DNA of 52,386 nucleotides from positions 1 to 52,386 of IMG/VR virus record IMGVR_UViG_3300028840_005521. The stretch is one strand, 5' to 3'. Shown here piece after piece: positions 52,176 through 52,386 of this stretch. This stretch comes from a virus (lineage: Duplodnaviria; Caudoviricetes). How positions within the stretch are numbered: the stretch's first letter is position 1; every line of letters begins with the position of its first letter. Both the position numbers and the translations under genes were made by a program. The notes beneath the pieces were generated by a model, which was given only the letters and a program-made list of their open reading frames with translations, was not told the origin of the DNA and did no database searches.

Positions 52176-52386
52176 GGCGGACCTGATCTTTTTGTTGGGG
52201 CGCGCCTTATCTTTTTCCGCTCTTGCCGTGTCTTTCCACCCCATGTCCCCTTCGTCTGTTTGGTGCTCAGCGCATACTCGAGGCACTCAGCCTCAACTAA
52301 GCATTTCGTGCAATAGCTCAACGCTTCGGCCGTGGATTGGCCACGTTTGGGAAAGAACACGTCGCTATCGACCCCGACACACTGCG
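52172..52386 (-). CDS. whiB: WhiB-family protein, 3' part
   Basis: CTKC...C...GTWGG.T..ER and a basic tail. Confidence 0.92.
   Translation of the reverse strand, partial: QCVGVDSDVFFPKRGQSTAEALSYCTKCLVEAECLEYALSTKQTKGTWGGKTRQERKKIRRAPTKRSGPP
52243..52386. repeat. Terminal direct repeat copy 2
   Basis: Identical to 1-144. Confidence 0.97.

Noticed and set aside
52243-52386. 144-bp repeat as a biological terminal repeat
   Set aside because: It falls in the middle of whiB, which reads through the join, as expected for an assembly overlap
1-52386. Stop-codon reassignment
   Set aside because: Core genes are full length under the standard code and all three stop codons end genes

Overview
The window is a complete, circularly permuted tailed-phage genome of about 52.24 kb. 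Bases 1-144 recur at 52243-52386, and a whiB ORF reads straight through that junction. WhiB, actinophage-type structural genes, extended -10 promoters and an LPxTG protein point to an Actinomycetota host. The long tape measure protein and absence of a sheath gene indicate a siphovirus. The leftward arm (about 19.4 kb down to 1, then 52.2-51.9 kb) carries small early genes, three SWIM-domain proteins, a SWIM-DinG helicase, a Cas4-like exonuclease, a Sak4/RecA-like ATPase, an XPF/ERCC4 nuclease, a family-4 UDG and WhiB. I recognised no polymerase, primase or integrase. The rightward arm (20.2-51.9 kb) carries a DnaQ-like exonuclease, a sortase-type surface protein, terminase, portal, scaffold, capsid, an inserted head-region module, connector genes with a stand-alone JAB protease, tail and lysis genes. 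The best candidates for undescribed biology are four. (1) Two tandem promoter-to-hairpin units without ORFs (22.78-23.06 kb) are antisense to the shared early-gene Shine-Dalgarno and to the helicase start region. (2) Three head-region proteins share N- and C-terminal modules in a tip/shaft/base pattern. (3) A SWIM-protein triad lies beside a palindromic repeat array. (4) A JAB protease occurs in a genome with no prohead protease, while scaffold and capsid share a leader motif. All product calls come from motifs and gene order read by eye, with no database searches.
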